64,000 nucleotides of DNA from a virus (taxonomy: Duplodnaviria > Caudoviricetes): positions 1 to 64,000 of IMG/VR virus record IMGVR_UViG_2974716960_000001, one strand, 5' to 3'. Below, piece after piece: positions 63,671 through 64,000 of this stretch. Position 1 is the first letter of the stretch, and each line of letters opens with the position of its first letter. Position numbers and translations under genes: made by a program. Below the pieces are notes generated by a model, which had not been told where the DNA came from, did no database searches, and saw only the letters and a program-made list of their open reading frames with translations.

Positions 63671-63883
63671 ATGTCCAAGTCACTCAACTGGCACCGCGTC
63701 TATAGCGGCGAGGGTGCCGATTACGTCGCAGACGGTGCGAGCCAAAACTATCTGGCTGTGCGCTATGCGTACGGGTGGGAGCTGTTCTACCTGCCGCATG
63801 GTGAGACGCATCCGACGTGTGTTGGTGATGGTCCGTGGCATCGCCTTAGGGACGCTAAGGCGCACGCTCAAGGGATGGAATAA
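63671..63883 (+). CDS. Hypothetical protein
   Basis: ATG at the predicted transcription start. Confidence 0.55.
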   Translation: MSKSLNWHRVYSGEGADYVADGASQNYLAVRYAYGWELFYLPHGETHPTCVGDGPWHRLRDAKAHAQGME

Positions 63884-64000
63884 GAAATGAGCACTGAGTT
63901 CTGGTTGGGTATGGCCTGCATTCCGGTGGTCGTCGCGCTGTTGGCGTTGATGGCTGCCGCGATCATGGGGCTGATATACGCCTCGTCGCAGTGGGATTTC

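Larger units (their letters stand above)
1..64000 (+). mobile_element. Temperate siphovirus genome (actinobacteriophage, probably mycobacteriophage); window ends inside the right arm
   Basis: Canonical gene order terminase-portal-capsid-tail-TMP-lysis-integrase-repressor-replication; no host housekeeping genes seen. Confidence 0.95.

Overview
This window is most of the genome of a temperate siphovirus of a GC-rich actinobacterial host. A mycobacteriophage is most likely, given lysin A plus lysin B, Lsr2, WhiB and DUF732 genes. Layout: 1-28.8 kb is the rightward virion and lysis operon (terminase, portal, capsid, tail, a -1 frameshifted tail chaperone, 1703-aa tape measure, minor tails, lysins, holin). 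28.9-31.3 kb is a leftward accessory cassette (Lsr2-like protein, RlaP-like nucleotidyltransferase). 31.5-35 kb holds attP, integrase, repressor, cro and xis. 35-64 kb is the rightward early/replication arm, ending in three tRNA genes. The most striking locus is 40.7-42.5 kb: a Ro60-like (DUF2828/vWA) gene followed by three tandem small-RNA-like units that share a terminal stem, an ACAGCAAT motif and a 7-nt anticodon-like loop. The middle unit also holds a circularly permuted tRNA mimic with YrlA-type geometry. Also notable: a candidate NARP1 NAD+-rebuilding gene pair, dispersed RNA-repair genes, other structured non-coding regions, an 11-bp AT-rich motif before late genes, an 18-bp operator palindrome, and a stand-alone degenerate GH25-like gene in the lysis cassette. 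All family assignments come from motif recognition by eye; no database searches or folding programs were run.
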